Origin: Tubiluchus corallicola
Lineage: Eukaryota > Animalia > Priapulida
Assembly: GCA_030141605.1 (NCBI GenBank)
Contig: JAQGDQ010000023.1
Location: 1 to 64,000, forward strand
Reading direction: 5' to 3'
Length of the DNA: 64,000 nt
The notes under the pieces are model-generated. The model was not told the origin of the DNA. It saw only the letters and a list, made by a program, of their open reading frames with translations, and did no database searches. Within the stretch, counting starts at the first letter, position 1. Each line of letters opens with the position of its first letter. The position numbers and the translations under genes were made by a program. Shown here piece by piece: positions 49,420 to 63,354 of the stretch.

Positions 49420-52400
49420 ATGGATCCTGAAAACATGCCGAACAAATTACACAAGAAAAGATTTAAATTCAATGTGCCATTTCCACCGAGGCCACGATCA
49501 TTGAAATGGAAGTTGCCACTGCCTAGACCGGATGTTAGAGAAATAGTAAGTTGTTGAACAATAAATTATCTATTATTGCCATTTGGCATTTATGCATAGA
49601 AAATATGATAAGCTTAATCATTCGACATTGTTTGGTAATTTTTGTTTTCATGAAAAATTCTAATGTATTTCCTAGTCATCACTAAATGAGAAAAGTGTTA
49701 AGTGAAGACTTGTTTCTATAGATTACTCTTGGTTCCGCTATTTTTTTTAGCAGGAGACTAAAATTAATTCCTTTAAAGCTAATGATTTTTTGTAGCAGGA
49801 GACTAAAGCCAAGTAAGTCACTTTTTTGTGCATAGCCCAATTTGTCATAGCTATGTCACTTTTTATAGCTACTGCATGTCAACTCGGACATCAGCTACTA
49901 TTGGAAATGAAACATATTTAATAACCATTGATTGCAGTGTTTTTTTCAATAAATTCTGCATTTAAACTGAAAGTGCTTTCTGTTTTTCAGAGTGGCATTG
50001 GACAACCTAGTGTATATCATGCATTAATCATAATATTCCTAGAATTCTTTGCTTGGGGTTTGCTTACAGCTCCAATGATAACAGTAGGTGTAGTTGGTTG
50101 TATAGTAACTTGCATGGCTCGACAAATTTAACTACAAACAATCTGGAAATTACATTAATGTATTAAATTAGCTTTGAATAATCCATTACTGTATGCCATT
50201 CTGGATTCTTTGCAAGAGCATTCCACGAAGGTTCGTATATGATTGAGCGTTTTTTTTTCACATTAAACTTAAACTTCCAAAAATCTTACACAGATTATTA
50301 ATAATACGTTCAGCAGAATGACAGAATGATAGTTTAACGTATGAAGTACCGTCTGTCGTTTACTTAAATGGTTTTTTGTTTTTTTTGTCAGGTATTAAAT
50401 GAAACGTTTCCTAACAAAACATTCCTCATGAATGGACTGATACAGGGTATAAAGGTAACAAAAAGCGATAATTGTCAATCGTTAACTGATTGTTAGAAGC
50501 TCAGTGAAACTAGTACCTGTCTCGATCTTGCCGAGTTTGTAGCTTTTTATGTCTAGGCCACATTAGTACATCTCGGTGAAAATGAAAACAATCATGAAGA
50601 TGTTGATCCACCACTAGCAGCCAATGCAACTGTATGTAGGAATAATTTTAATTTGTTAATAATATTAATGTATCTCAGCGTGCGTCTTTTTTTAGCCCCT
50701 AATGTATGCCATTTTTCAGGGGCTCTTGTCTTTTCTCAGTGCTCCACTGATTGGTGCTCTCTCGGACACTTGGGGTAGGAAAACATTTCTGGTCATCACG
50801 GTCTTGTTTACCTGTGCTCCAATACCCTTAATGCGCTTCAGTCCATGGTAAGTGGTCTTTACCTTTATTAATAGTAAAAAGACTTTATGTTACTAGCAGC
50901 TAGTTTGTAGACAATTTTTGATGAAAAAATTGTCCTGTTATGTTGCTTGTTAGATAATTTACTTGTGAAACAGATATTTAGTAAAGGAAATCCAAAAATT
51001 AGTATAGATTGCATAGATTACTATATGAAAGCCAGGACTGTCTTAATAGCATTATAACAGGGCAAAGCAATGCACTGGGGCTCCTACATGCACATCCACT
51101 CACAGGACTAAAAATGAAATGATCGGTAAAGTTAAACATATTTGTTGTATTGATACTTCCAACAAAATAAGTGTTTAACCAAAAATCGAACTGTACAGCA
51201 AAGATTAATCAACAAAGGAACACAAACGTGAGTTGAAGGGACGTTAACGTAATTATGCGCTTTTACATCATGTAGCACGTGAGATCCATGATGCTCATAC
51301 ATGCACTGGAGAATACAGATGTGATCGTGATACTAAAATTGAAGCGAATGCGAATGTCCACTTGTAATAAACAAATATTCATAGTTTAGTTTAGTATAGT
51401 ATAGTATGTGTTTATTGACAGTAAGTTGCAACACATAGATTAGCATGGGCTCATGGGGCCGCTGGACAACTGCCTAGTCTCCCAGATGGCCATGATGTGT
51501 TAAGATGGCCCTGATGAAAGCTATGACTTTTACTACTTTTGTGGCACAGTAACATGGGTATTTTAAAATTTATTGTTTTTGCAGGTGGTTCTTTGCCATG
51601 ATATCCATATCTGGTGTATTTTCTGTAACATTTTCGATAGTATTTGCATACGTAGCCGATGTAACAGAACCTGACGATCGAAGTTCTGCATATGGACTTG
51701 TAAGTGTTTGCTTCTGCTTCCTCTCTATGCACATGTTTTTGTATAAACAGATTTATTTATGTAAATAGAGCAACTAGCTGCTTAACTTGAAATTCTTCAG
51801 TATAAGTATTAAAAAAATTAAAACCCACTCTCACCCACTACAAAAAAGTTAACTAAGAAACACTTACAAATATAAAAAGTATATTACCTATTTTTACAAA
51901 AAGCATTGTAATAAATGAAGTAACTGGTGTCTTATGTAAGACAGATTATATAAGAAGAAAATGGGCGATAAACACAAATTGCACTTGTAAAGAGAGAAAT
52001 TTAAAGCACTTTTGTCTAAGTGCAAACAACATATTTCATTTCCCCATGAAGTCTTCTATAGTTGGCATTTTGCTGACAATAAAAAAATTGGTAAAATAAT
52101 TGAATCTAATGCAGTGTTGTAATTTATTATTACTTAATTACATGGAAATCCTCTTAAATTTTTGACCTTGACGGATGAAAACTCACGTCAAAAGTGATAT
52201 TTGCGATATTTTGTGATCATATGATGTTCATTTCATTTGATTTTTTACCTTCAGCAGTTATAGTATCTTTTAAATATTGCGAAGAAACTTTTATCTATGT
52301 AAAAGTTTTTAGATTATAAATTAGATTTTTTCACATGTGTTGACTGCTGATGCCCCTTTTCACGAAAATATCTTTTCTTACTTGATTTGATCTGATAACT

Positions 52401-55400
52401 ATCTTGGATTTTACAATTACCTAGTTGTTAATTATAATGTACATTTTTTGTTTGTTTTGTTGACATGTAGGTGTCAGGTACATTTGCGGCAAGTCTCGTT
52501 ACTAGTCCAGCTGTAGGTGCTTATCTGTCTAGCGTTTACAACGACAATGTTGTCATAGCGTTAGCATCTTCCGTAGCTTTACTTGATGTCTTCTTCATCA
52601 TGGCCGCTGTGCCCGAGTCTCTTCCCGCATATGTGCGCCCGAATTCGTTTGGTTCGCCCATGTCATGGGAGCAAGTGGATCCCTTTGCAGTGAGTATTCT
52701 TCCATTTAAAAATCTCTCTAGGCTGTCTATCATTATATGCTATCACTATCATTATCACTATCAAATATCACTGTTTGAAGGTATTCAGTGCTGAGCAGTA
52801 AGTATTCAAATGTATATTGGAAAATTTTAAAAACTGTTAAGTGATAACACTTAATAACACCATATGCTTTGAAGCTTGATTAAAGGAAAAAACAATCCAC
52901 GAACAACAATAATTGCATTTTATTATACAATTTAAAATATTGAAAATACCTTCGCATCAAATGCCTTGCTTAAAACTAAAAGAAATTTAAATATTTCTTA
53001 TCTCTCACCAAACAAACATCACTGCTGGCATATTTGAATAAAATGAAGCTGATGCCTGCTGGGCAGCGTGAATACTGTGAAAGCAAGCTGAGGTACGCGA
53101 TGCAAAATTTCGCGATACAGTTTTCGCTGAAGCTCCGTTATGCCAGTGTTGTGTTTAACTGTGTTTATTTAAGAATTAAAAAAAGAAAGTTAAATTTGAA
53201 GAACTGCCATTTTTCATTGTGCGAGATGATTGTTGTCACCAAAGATCAGTAAACAAACGTCGGTAACGAAAGACATTTTCTATACCACGTATGTCATTCT
53301 CGCTCACTCGCGCTAAAGCCGTAAAACATGGCGACCCTTTACAGCAATGCACACGGTCGAAATTCGCAAGAAAAAAATAAGTTATTTAATTCATAAGTTT
53401 CTTTTGTTTAATAATAACTATGAATTATTTGTCTATTCATAATAATGCGTTAAAAAAATTTCAATTTCTGTTTGGGTTATATAGGCGTTTAACTTTCTCC
53501 ATGTGAATATTGAATCATAATTAAATAATAATTGCACATTTAATTTATTATTTATTAGTTTATTTATCGTGACATCTTGCAAAAGCATAATCATTAGCTA
53601 TTCATTTTACTTGAGTAATTTAGCTTAAAGAGTTGATATCATATGAGATGTGAAGTCATTTTCATGAATGTATTACATTATTGTATCATTTCAGTCTCTT
53701 CGTAAAGTGGGACACGATCATACCATTTTATTACTTTGTGCAACTGTCTTTCTGTCTTATCTACCAGAAGCTGGACAATATTCGTGTTTTTTTGTATACT
53801 TGCGACTGGTAAGTCTTAAGCTTGTGTATATTGAATTTGTAACGTTTTTGTGGATGTGCTTTTTATGTGTAAACTGTTTGTATAATTTTATTTTGCTCAG
53901 TAAGTTATTGGAACTTTTTGAATTTTAAATTATTTGTTTCCTTTTATACATACACAACAATTCGGCTTTCAAATTGTAATGTTATTGTTTCAATAAAGTT
54001 ACGTACTTACTTTCTTAAAAACTTGGTTCTTACTTTTGCATTTTCTCGCTTCGATAATATTATTCTTAAAGGAAAGCGCCAGTTTCTTATCATGTTGTGT
54101 TTGTTTGACTGTTATCACTTAAACTTGGAAAAATATAACAAAGAAATTTGCAAAACTGTCTAGTAAGTATAAAGTTAGTTTATACTACTGGTGAATAGAA
54201 ATTTACTTTGGCAGTGATAGCTGCCATTCACTTGAAATTTCTGACATAACTTTTCGTAAGCACATTGTGGCTTTCTGTAAACTAATTCAAACTTTTGCGG
54301 CTTATCTAATGTTAATCCAAAAGATGTCACAAAATTAGCTATCTAATTTTTTACTTTTGATGGAAAGTCGATGGGCGATGCCATTGGTAGAGGAATTGGC
54401 ATTCAAAATGGGAGCGATTTTAAAGTGATTTTACTAATTACATGAGTGGTTATCACACTTTTATTACTAAATCCAGCTAATATTTTTCGCAAACATTAAA
54501 ATACACCTAACTTCCTAGAAGACTTGACCTTTTCTTTAATACGTATTTGAAAGTTGTTTAATAGTATATATAGTTAAATATGTGAAAGTGTAATATTAAG
54601 ATCCAAATTAAATTTTAAACAGAGCAACAAATTTTTCTGACAAAATATGTTTCAATTTTTAAAACAAAAAATAGTGCTTTAGTAATGTTTTTCTGAAGTT
54701 TTACATTGTTTTGATCAGCATATCTTATTTACATATGATTATATGTTGCCATGACCCACACCTTCCCAACTAGGTGAGGTATGCACGTAATTACCTGTTA
54801 GCTTTGATTTTATTCTAGGTGATTGGATTCAGTCCGGAGATGGTAGCTTCATTTATTGCAGTTATAGGTGTTTTATCAGTGATTGCTCAGGTATGATATT
54901 CTTTATATGAAACTGTAAACATGCTCTGTAATTTAAATATTTGTTTCAGAGATTAATGTTGTACTTTTTGTTGATTTCAAAAAGCCATTTTTGAATAAGC
55001 TTTAACACTATAGGAATTTTGTTCGGATTAAAAATACCAACACCAGCAATATTATGAAAACCATCTTTATTATCAGAAATTGATCCGTAACATTTTGCCA
55101 ACTCCGCTATAGATCAATTTCTAATAATAAAGGTAATTTTCATAATATTGCAGATGTTGGCATTTTTAAAGCCACTTTTATTTAAATTTCAAAACGTTAA
55201 ACAGGTGACAGTTTAACAGTTTAAAAAAAATAATCTTTTCATCATCAGTCAGTGATTCATCATTCAAATTTACCTTCACAGCTTTCTGTAAATTAATATT
55301 TTTTGTATTAGTTGTAACTATCAGCTGTGGTGTCACAAGTGCTTGTGGCGCCCCGGGGCAAAAAACTTTTGGTGCTCTACCTTTTTAATGTTTTTATCAT

Positions 55401-58400
55401 TTGTTTTGTGGGCGAAGCCACAAAGTGTGGAAATTTTTTGCATGCTGAACCTCACTTTCCTTTTCTGACATAATGGGATAAAGCTAAACGAATTTCTCTG
55501 AGGCAATCATCCTGCGTTTGATTTGCGGTACTGCAGCAGAATAACTCTTTTCTATGCATTAGTTGCTCGTAACACAACAGTCCTTAAGCATTTAGCTCCA
55601 ACATTAAAACTACAGATTTTTCCAATAATACAATTGGCATTTAGAGAAGCACCGCAGTTTCTTCCAAAATTATCGATCTGCTAAACCATCCTACACATGC
55701 CATCAAGTAACAACATTAGTTTTCTTTCTAAGCTGTATGTAGTAATCAAGTCAGCTACGATGATGTCCGACTTGGCAGTTTTGTTATTTGCTGATGTCAG
55801 ATTAGTAATTAATAATTAACAGACATCATTCTTGAAGAATTGGGCACCCTCTCGCCCTTGCGCTCTGGGATGATTGCTCTCTGTCGTGCACATCCCCGCA
55901 CTAAGCACCCTGCGCTACGCCTCTGACTATAAGTCTATTAATATTTTAGGCATTAAATTCACTATTTTAGTTGGATTATAAGAAATTGCAAAGCTGACAA
56001 GGTGGTTATTAATCTATAATTATTAATTATTGACTGCAGTAATCGTCAGACATGCTAATTCTGATTAAACAACTTTTCTCACTTCACACTAATGAATTTT
56101 ACGCCATTTGTATTTTCTGCATATGTGTGATTTTAGTTTGTCATTGCTTGCTTTATTGTTGTAAGTATGTGAATCCGGTATTTGCAATGGTCATTTGTTT
56201 CAGACTGTTATTCTAGCATTTCTGATGAAATCATTAGGACCCAAGCATACAATCATGGTTGGTTTAACATTTGAAATGTTGCAGCTAGCTTGGTACGGTT
56301 TTGGCTCACAGACATGGTAAGACACTTATTTTACATGGGACTGTACTATATTAAAATGCTCTTAGTTTATATCATTGACATATTTATGCGATAGTTTATA
56401 TGAAGCAGATGGTATTCCTTCTTAGACAACACAGATTATTTTCTAGTAAAAATTTGATAAAAACAGTCTATGTCTGTTATACTAAATTTTGATTCCTAGT
56501 AAATGCCAAGATGCACCCCGCCAATTACTGCTTTTATAATAGCAGACATTACAGCCGGGCCTGGAGCAGTTTACAATCAAAAGTTTAGGATTACGATTAT
56601 GACCTACGATTATAGCAATAGTGCAATTACAATTACAGTTGCAGTAGAAAAGCGATGATTACAATTACGATTGGATGGATAAGATTACGATCATGATTAT
56701 ATTAATTATTCCGTTTGAGTACTATGTAGTGAGTACTTTGAGACTAAGAGAAAAGTCTGCACACTTTGCACCTAGCAAGAAAGAATCACTAGTCATTGAT
56801 GACATCAAAATGATTAAAAACCGGCAATTTTTCAAATCTTGTTACTGTCATGTAACTTTTCCACGCAACAAGCAAGCACGCGAGGTATTTTTTCTTGGGG
56901 AAATCTTTTCACAGAGTAGCTTTTGCATCTAATGTGCAGAAAGGAACTGTGAATCGACACATACAAAGGATGGCTGCAGCCATGTTTGTTTGCACGTATC
57001 TGAATTTGCATTTTGGCCAAAAAAACCTTTTATTTGCATAAATTTTATAAAACCTAGAATTATTCTGTATAAATTTATTTATAGAAATCTATTACATCAA
57101 TTACTAGGCTACAATTACAGCAAAATTCGTAATTTGTAATCAATTGTAATCGTAACCAACCCTAGGCCTGAGTACAGCCCACATAGATAAACACTTTATT
57201 TAAGTGCCAGTATTAAGTGTTTCGTATTCGTGACCACTGAGTCATAATTGGGAAGCCACAATTACTGCAACATGTGTTTTCTTACAGAAAGATTGCTAAA
57301 CTGTAAGGTAGTGAAACATCCTTGTGGCCTTGTGGCTTTGCTCCTTTGCTAAAGTAGGGGGTTGTTCATGTCTCTAATCACGGAAATCGTTAGTTGCTAA
57401 TAGAATGGTTTAAGACTGCTACAATAGTAAGCTCTGCTTTCCAGAATGGAGCCAAGTTAAATAAGCTTTGAGGAAAGAGTTATTTGAGAAGCATCTGCAA
57501 GAAACTGGTCTGGTCTAAGGTTTAAAATTTTCTTCATACAATTGCATGCAAAAATGGAGAGGGTGTATTTTATTTAACAAAATGAGTGCAAAAATAGAGA
57601 GATGTATTTTGTTTAACGAAAAATATGGTATCATTGCGTTAACTTAAAGGAAAAAGTTGTAAACTTGTTCATGTGATAGCTTATACAGTGTTCACAGTAT
57701 CATTTTAGCACGATCAAATCGTGATCGTGGGGCACCAATATGAAGCAACACTAGTGTGTACGAGTAATGAAAACATGGTCATACCGAAATTAAATATGCG
57801 TAATTTTTTCACGAAACCTGTTGTTCGGGTAGATGCCGTACTGTTCCTCTCATGATTGCAACTGTGTTTATGTGTACCTTAACAACATGAATGGCAGACT
57901 GGCAAGATACGGTTATTAATGATAGTGTAAACGCAAGTCATTACCAAGTTCATTCTACTTTTCTATAGCAAACCATCCATGTCTATATGCTCAAGCATGC
58001 TTCACAATAGTTACAATTCTAACATTACATGATAAGATAATAAATTTCCGTAAAATTATAAAATGTGTAAAGTGGGTTCAAAATAGGTCAAGAATATAAA
58101 CCTTTAAATCCAGTGAGTTTCTATCTTAGTTTAAAATGATCATGGGAGTTGCCAGGAGAATCATGCTGTGGGAAAACCAGGGAATTGATTGCGAAAAGCT
58201 GACAGTGCTTCACATCGTGGTAAAATGATAGAGTGAATGAAACAGAAAAGTGAATTTCATATTCTATATTTGCATAGGATGATGTGGGCTGCAGGAACAC
58301 TCGCTTCCATTGCTAGTATTACATATCCTGCTATTAGTGCTTTTGTTTCTACACAAGCTGATGCTGATAAACAAGGTAATAGTCACATTCATAATCTAAA

Positions 58401-61400
58401 TTTCCTTTTACATTTATTCATGAACCTGTTTTCTGTCGTAGTGCGGTCACCGTAGTTACAATCAAAACTATTGTAGGTGTCGTACAAGGAATTATCACAG
58501 GCTTCCGGGGATTGTGTAATGGCCTTGGCCCAGCATTGTTCGGCTTCATATTCTATTTATTCGATGTGAACTTGTCCAATATGGCTGAAAAGGTGGACGA
58601 AGTTGATTTAACTGCGACGCACATCATACCTCCTATGCCAATTCATCAGGTATGTACCATAGCATTTATTAGTAGCATAACCGCATCCCTGTGTGTCACT
58701 TAACTTCTTTATACAGTAGTTGCTGCTTAATAGACTCACTTTGGGACCCAATTAACCAGCTGAACCTTTTAACCGATAGGTGTAGTGTTACAGGTATAGA
58801 AATATGAGTCACCAGCTTACTATGGACTGCAAAGGTCTTTAATGAATTTTAGAAACGAAGTAATGTCTAAATTCCCTTATGCAGTTAAAAATTAGAAAAA
58901 AATAAGTGAATTAGCAATAAATAAAAAATAAAAAATATACTTTTCTAAATCACAGACTTTTCTAAGAATTTCTTGAAAGAGTGAGCTGCTTCATTTCCTC
59001 ACGAAGAAGTTGGCCCACAAAGTTCTCGTAATTGTAAATATGTTGAAAATCTGTTGTTGTGTGTGACTAAAACAGTTCTGAATCGTCTGTTCACTTACAT
59101 TGCCCTTATTTGCTGTACGATGTTTAGTCTTATAAGTCACATGGAATACCTGCTGCTGCTTTGACTGTTGATTAAGCCTGAGAGTGTGATTTGCAATGAG
59201 AGCATCAAAACGAAATTGCTAGGCAAGTGATTAAATGTTTAACTTCCAGAAATTCTTAGGGTAACAGTGGGCGAGTGGATAACAGATTCAAAGCAATCGC
59301 TACGCTAAAGTATTCGTGCATGATAAACATACCTGCTTACAAACAAAACGGTACTTAACATAATTGTTTCTGCATACATGGTGCACAAAAGGGAAGTAAA
59401 GATGACATAAAAGTAGGAAAGGCTCTTTTGGCACATTGTGACGTCCGTGACGTCAGTCTGGAATATAAGAACTACCGAGCAGCATTGCAACCCCTTCTAA
59501 TATAGTTGAACTGTATTCTAGTATGATTTTTGTGTATGTCCTATACTTAGGCTCCATTAATAGCTTAGGTTAGCTAATTGCACCTGTTAATTGAATGAGT
59601 CATTAGTTAATTACTCATTAAGCGAATTTATCTACTACAATAAAGCAAGTTGTGACTGTACATATATGAGCATGTACCTAGTTAGCTCTGGAAAGGGTCC
59701 CACCTCATACCTGTCCTAGATCTCCTTTACAAGAAAGCAAGTGATTGGTCATACGCTCAACTGAACAGGCTGTCTGGCCAATGAATCGTCGTGTTAAAGG
59801 ACAAGGTCATCCAGTTTTTACTTGTTCTAGAAGTTGAAACTAGGTTCAAGACAGTGTGTCGAACGTGCTAAGCCAGTGAAGTCGTCGAATATGGCTTCCG
59901 GCGAACATTCATTAGTAATCGAAGTCAAGTCTTAATTATTGTGGAGATAGAAAGTGATTAAAGGGCACTGACACACCAAAGGGTTAGGTGTTCGAGCCGT
60001 GAGGCGGAAACACCAATAAACTGGCTGTTATTCTTATTAGACGTACTGCTGTAAACGGAAGTTCAGGAGATCCGGTGCAGAAACAACCAGGTTATGACCA
60101 GACGTAGTACCAATGGTAGTTCCGCGAGCTCCACGGGTCAGGACTCCACTGCACCCCACTAGGATTGGTGAAGTAACCAATTACGACTTCGGTACACCTG
60201 ACAAGCATTGTAGGAGTGACCACGTGAGATTCCAGCCCCTGCTGAGGTTTGGAAGAGTACCTGCTCAAGATTCCACGAAGTTCGCATAACCGGTTAGTCA
60301 CGTTATTCCAGTTTCCAGAGTGATGGAGAACGTCAAACGTTAGAATCGACAGCTTCCGACTGCACTTCCGACTACAACTGATAAGTATACTTACCTCACA
60401 TCCTTCTCCTTCACCTGGGTTGGGGCTAACTAGTCTTCTGTTTATCATAAGTTATCTAGAAATGTTGTTTGTAATTATAACAAGTTTGTTGTTGTTTTGG
60501 TTTAAAGTAAATTGTTTTTACTTCTTAACATCTCATTAAACACAGAATTTATAGGTAATATTAAAAACTGTTTTATTTGCTTCTATTCTGTATACATGTC
60601 TGTGAACTATGCTTAAATGGAAAGATTCACTGAACCCACGTGTCAGCACATATCGGTAATTAGTAGCAAAAAGTGTTTGTGGTGTCGTAACGAAAGCGTC
60701 CTATATCACAGGTAGTACACCACACATATCACACACATACAAATATTTAATTTTAAGTAGGTGAAGGAAAAATATTGAGTAAATTATGATGAGTTATTTG
60801 AGTCAATTACCGATAATTTTTATGTATATTTGAATAGAAGCAGCCCGTTTCAGGCACTTTTGAGTCAATTAAGTGATTGAGTCTATTAACCGTGAGTCTA
60901 TTAAGCGGCTACTACTGTATTTTGATCCTGAGCGGATTTGAGACCAGTATCAAAGCAGAAAGTGGCACACACACAATGCCTTCATACTACTTTTAATAGT
61001 AGTTTTCACAACAGTAAAACAGTATGTGGCAAGGCAATTGATGATTGTTCCATAGTAGTGCTTTGTTGAATTACGAGTTTGGGTTTTTTGTTCATTATGT
61101 GCAAAATACGTTCTAGCATTACTCTTTGCATTTCTTTCATTTGCTATTTGCATTAGGCAATATAATTTTCTTCTTGTCTATTTATTTTCTGATAATCATT
61201 GCACATCAAACTGTGGAACATTTTATATGATTTTCTGTTTCATATATGTCTCTCCCATGCATTTATTTTAGAATGTTGCCTGGGTTTTTTTGTACGCTGT
61301 AATTTCAACTTGGGTAACCATATTCAGTTTTTGAGATTGACCAGGAATTCATATATTTATGTATCACTGTGGTAAAGATGTAGATGTTGATTTGAAGGAA

Positions 61401-62154
61401 CATTGTACAGTTTTGTGCCATAATATTCATTACTTTTTTAATAATGTAGTAGCCATTATATGGGTCGTTAGTTAAGACCTTTTTGTAAAAATTTTGCCTC
61501 ACTGTTAATGTTTTTCCAGTTTAACTCATAGTCACAGCATAATCTTATGTGGTGTAATTACTTTACAAGAGGTCTGAACAAATTAGAATGCTAGAAACTG
61601 TGCTAGTTTTGGGGATGTGAATCCTAGACCCCGTTCATTCCAGAGAGCCATGAGTTATGCTAAGAAGTGTGGGAACACAAGGAAACGAGATCAATAAGGG
61701 CATTATCCAAACATCCTAACTGCTTGACTATTTACATGTTAAATCAGTGCGAATGTGTTCCTTTCCTGCGATTACGTAACATTTTGCATGTAATCTAGCA
61801 CTTTGCTAGTTTTCATTTTAGTTATGTAGAGGATGATGAAGAGTGCCCATATTACGACTTGCTGAGAAACAGTTTCTATGACATTTGATAGTTGAAACTT
61901 GAAAATCGCCTCTCAACAAGCTGCAACATCTGCTACTATGTTTTGATGAATTTTTGGTTTTTTTCCAGCGGGTACTACCTGGACCACCATTTGTATTTGG
62001 CTCGATTCTTGTCATACTGGCTCTATTCGTGGCCGTGTTTATTCCTGACTCAATTAGTCACGTTATTGTTATGAAGCCTCATCATAAGCGTAGTAGTGCT
62101 CTAAACCTGAGTGACACGGACTCCAACCCATTACTTCAAGAACAAGAAACATGA
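49420..62154 (+). CDS. MFSD14A: MFS transporter MFSD14 / hippocampus abundant transcript 1 (HIAT1) family
   Basis: Exons 49420-49545 (or alternatively 47786-47854), 49991-50083, 50392-50454, 50720-50847, 51585-51699, 52471-52689, 53695-53808, 54819-54890, 56204-56316, 58278-58375, 58477-58649, 61969-62154, all GT-AG and in frame. Contains GIGQPSVYHALIIIFLEFFAWGLLTAP, GALSDTWGRK, YLPEAGQYSCFF and PGPPFVFG, plus a C-terminal dileucine motif DSNPLL. The A/B paralogue assignment is arbitrary for an invertebrate. Confidence 0.93.
55325..55925. mobile_element. hAT-like MITE in an MFSD14 intron
   Basis: Degenerate TIR ctgtggtgtcac / gctacgcctctg; GC-rich subterminal motifs; 8-bp TSD actatcag / actataag. 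Confidence 0.65.
56556..57170. mobile_element. hAT-like MITE with GATTAC/GTAATC subterminal repeats
   Basis: Termini cgggcctgg / ctaggcctg; 8-bp TSD attacagc / agtacagc. Confidence 0.7.
58714..60917. mobile_element. Non-autonomous Tc1/mariner (pogo/Tigger-like) element
   Basis: TA|cagtagttgctgcttaatagactcac ... gtgagtctattaagcggctactactg|TA: 26-bp TIR with 2 mismatches and a TA TSD. Confidence 0.85.
59651..60710 (+). mobile_element. Possible solo LTR nested in the Tc1/mariner element
   Basis: GC-richer block bounded by TGTGA...TCACA, with an internal AATAAA; no matching TSD found. Confidence 0.4.
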
Positions 62155-62847
62155 TACATGCTGGCATCTAGGCACAGTTAATGAAATTATGGAAGAATAA
62201 AAGTCTCGAGTTGAGTGCATTAATGTAAGCTGCTACTGATAATATTCTGTGCATTCAACGTGTGTCAAATCCACGTGGATTCGGGTATGTGAGTGGATAG
62301 ATGTGGAATGCACTGGACAAGTGGAAGAGCAGTGTTTTCAGCTGTTGAACTGCATCAACTGAAAGCTAATTTATTTTAATACACTTTTAATTTATTAATA
62401 AGTGATTTAGTGCATCTTGTAGTTCTACAGCTTAGGTTTACCAATTTAAAATAATATAACAGAATAGCTTCATGCAGCATGAAAATGGTGTAGGTCCAGA
62501 GACTAGATAGGGCATAATTTAAATGCTCCCAGTTGTGTTTAATGTCTACTGTGCATATTTGGCACTTTGTTGAATCATTTGTGGGTTTGTCCCCTGTGGT
62601 AATTACTAGAATAACTTTTAGAAGATTTTAAAGGATGTACTAAGGATTTTTATTTAATTTAAAAAGCTTGTTCATTAGTGCTAAAGGGCATTGACTCGGT
62701 TGGCAGCTTGATTGTTTTGGTTGTTAACAATTGAATTATTAAATTTCATATAAATTACAATCAATTGGGCAACTTCTGCTACATGTGCCTGTATAATTTT
62801 TTTCTGTTAGTAATGCTCTCTGTGTAAAACTTGATTTTATTCATTAA

Positions 62848-63354
62848 CAGTGGTGGCTCATGGATAGGTACTGTGGCACTGCAGCAACCCCGTTTTCACT
62901 TATTATTATTGATAATATTCATTATAATAATCTTTTTTCTTTAATTCTTTCTTCATACTTGTGCGGAACCGGAGCACGTGAGGAAGTACAATTTGCTTCA
63001 CAGACTAAGCAACGTGGTGTTTGGTTGCTGCGCACACATGTCAGAGATAGACACTGTACTTTAAGGAGAAAGAGCACTGTCGCTCACTGCAGTACATGTT
63101 CTCAGTTGTCACGAGTTTAAAAGCCGTGTATCAGCATATTCTTGAAGTGCGACAATTTAGGCTATTCGTAAGAAAACAATATTTTTTGTTTAAGAGTTTA
63201 TCAAGGTTATGTTTAAATTGGTTTGTTTGTTTAAAATTACAATTACAACATTATAATTACATATGTTTGTTTCGTTTTACACAGTATTAAAACAATGGCT
63301 AAAAAATTTTAATTTTGCAGCACCCCCACTAATTTTAGCTATGAACTGCCACTG
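62848..63354. mobile_element. hAT-like MITE downstream of, or in the 3' UTR of, MFSD14
   Basis: TIR cagtggtggctcat / atgaactgccactg; 8-bp TSD ttcattaa / ttcatgaa. Confidence 0.8.

Noticed and set aside
60092-60448. 118-aa ORF as a nested gene
   Set aside because: Lies inside a TIR-bounded element or LTR-like block; no recognisable domain.
61826-61912. C/D box snoRNA (ATGATGA...CTGA, with ttacgactt complementary to the 18S rRNA 3' region) or an extra MFSD14 exon
   Set aside because: No properly placed terminal D box, only a 9-nt guide match, and as an exon it hits a stop in the required phase.
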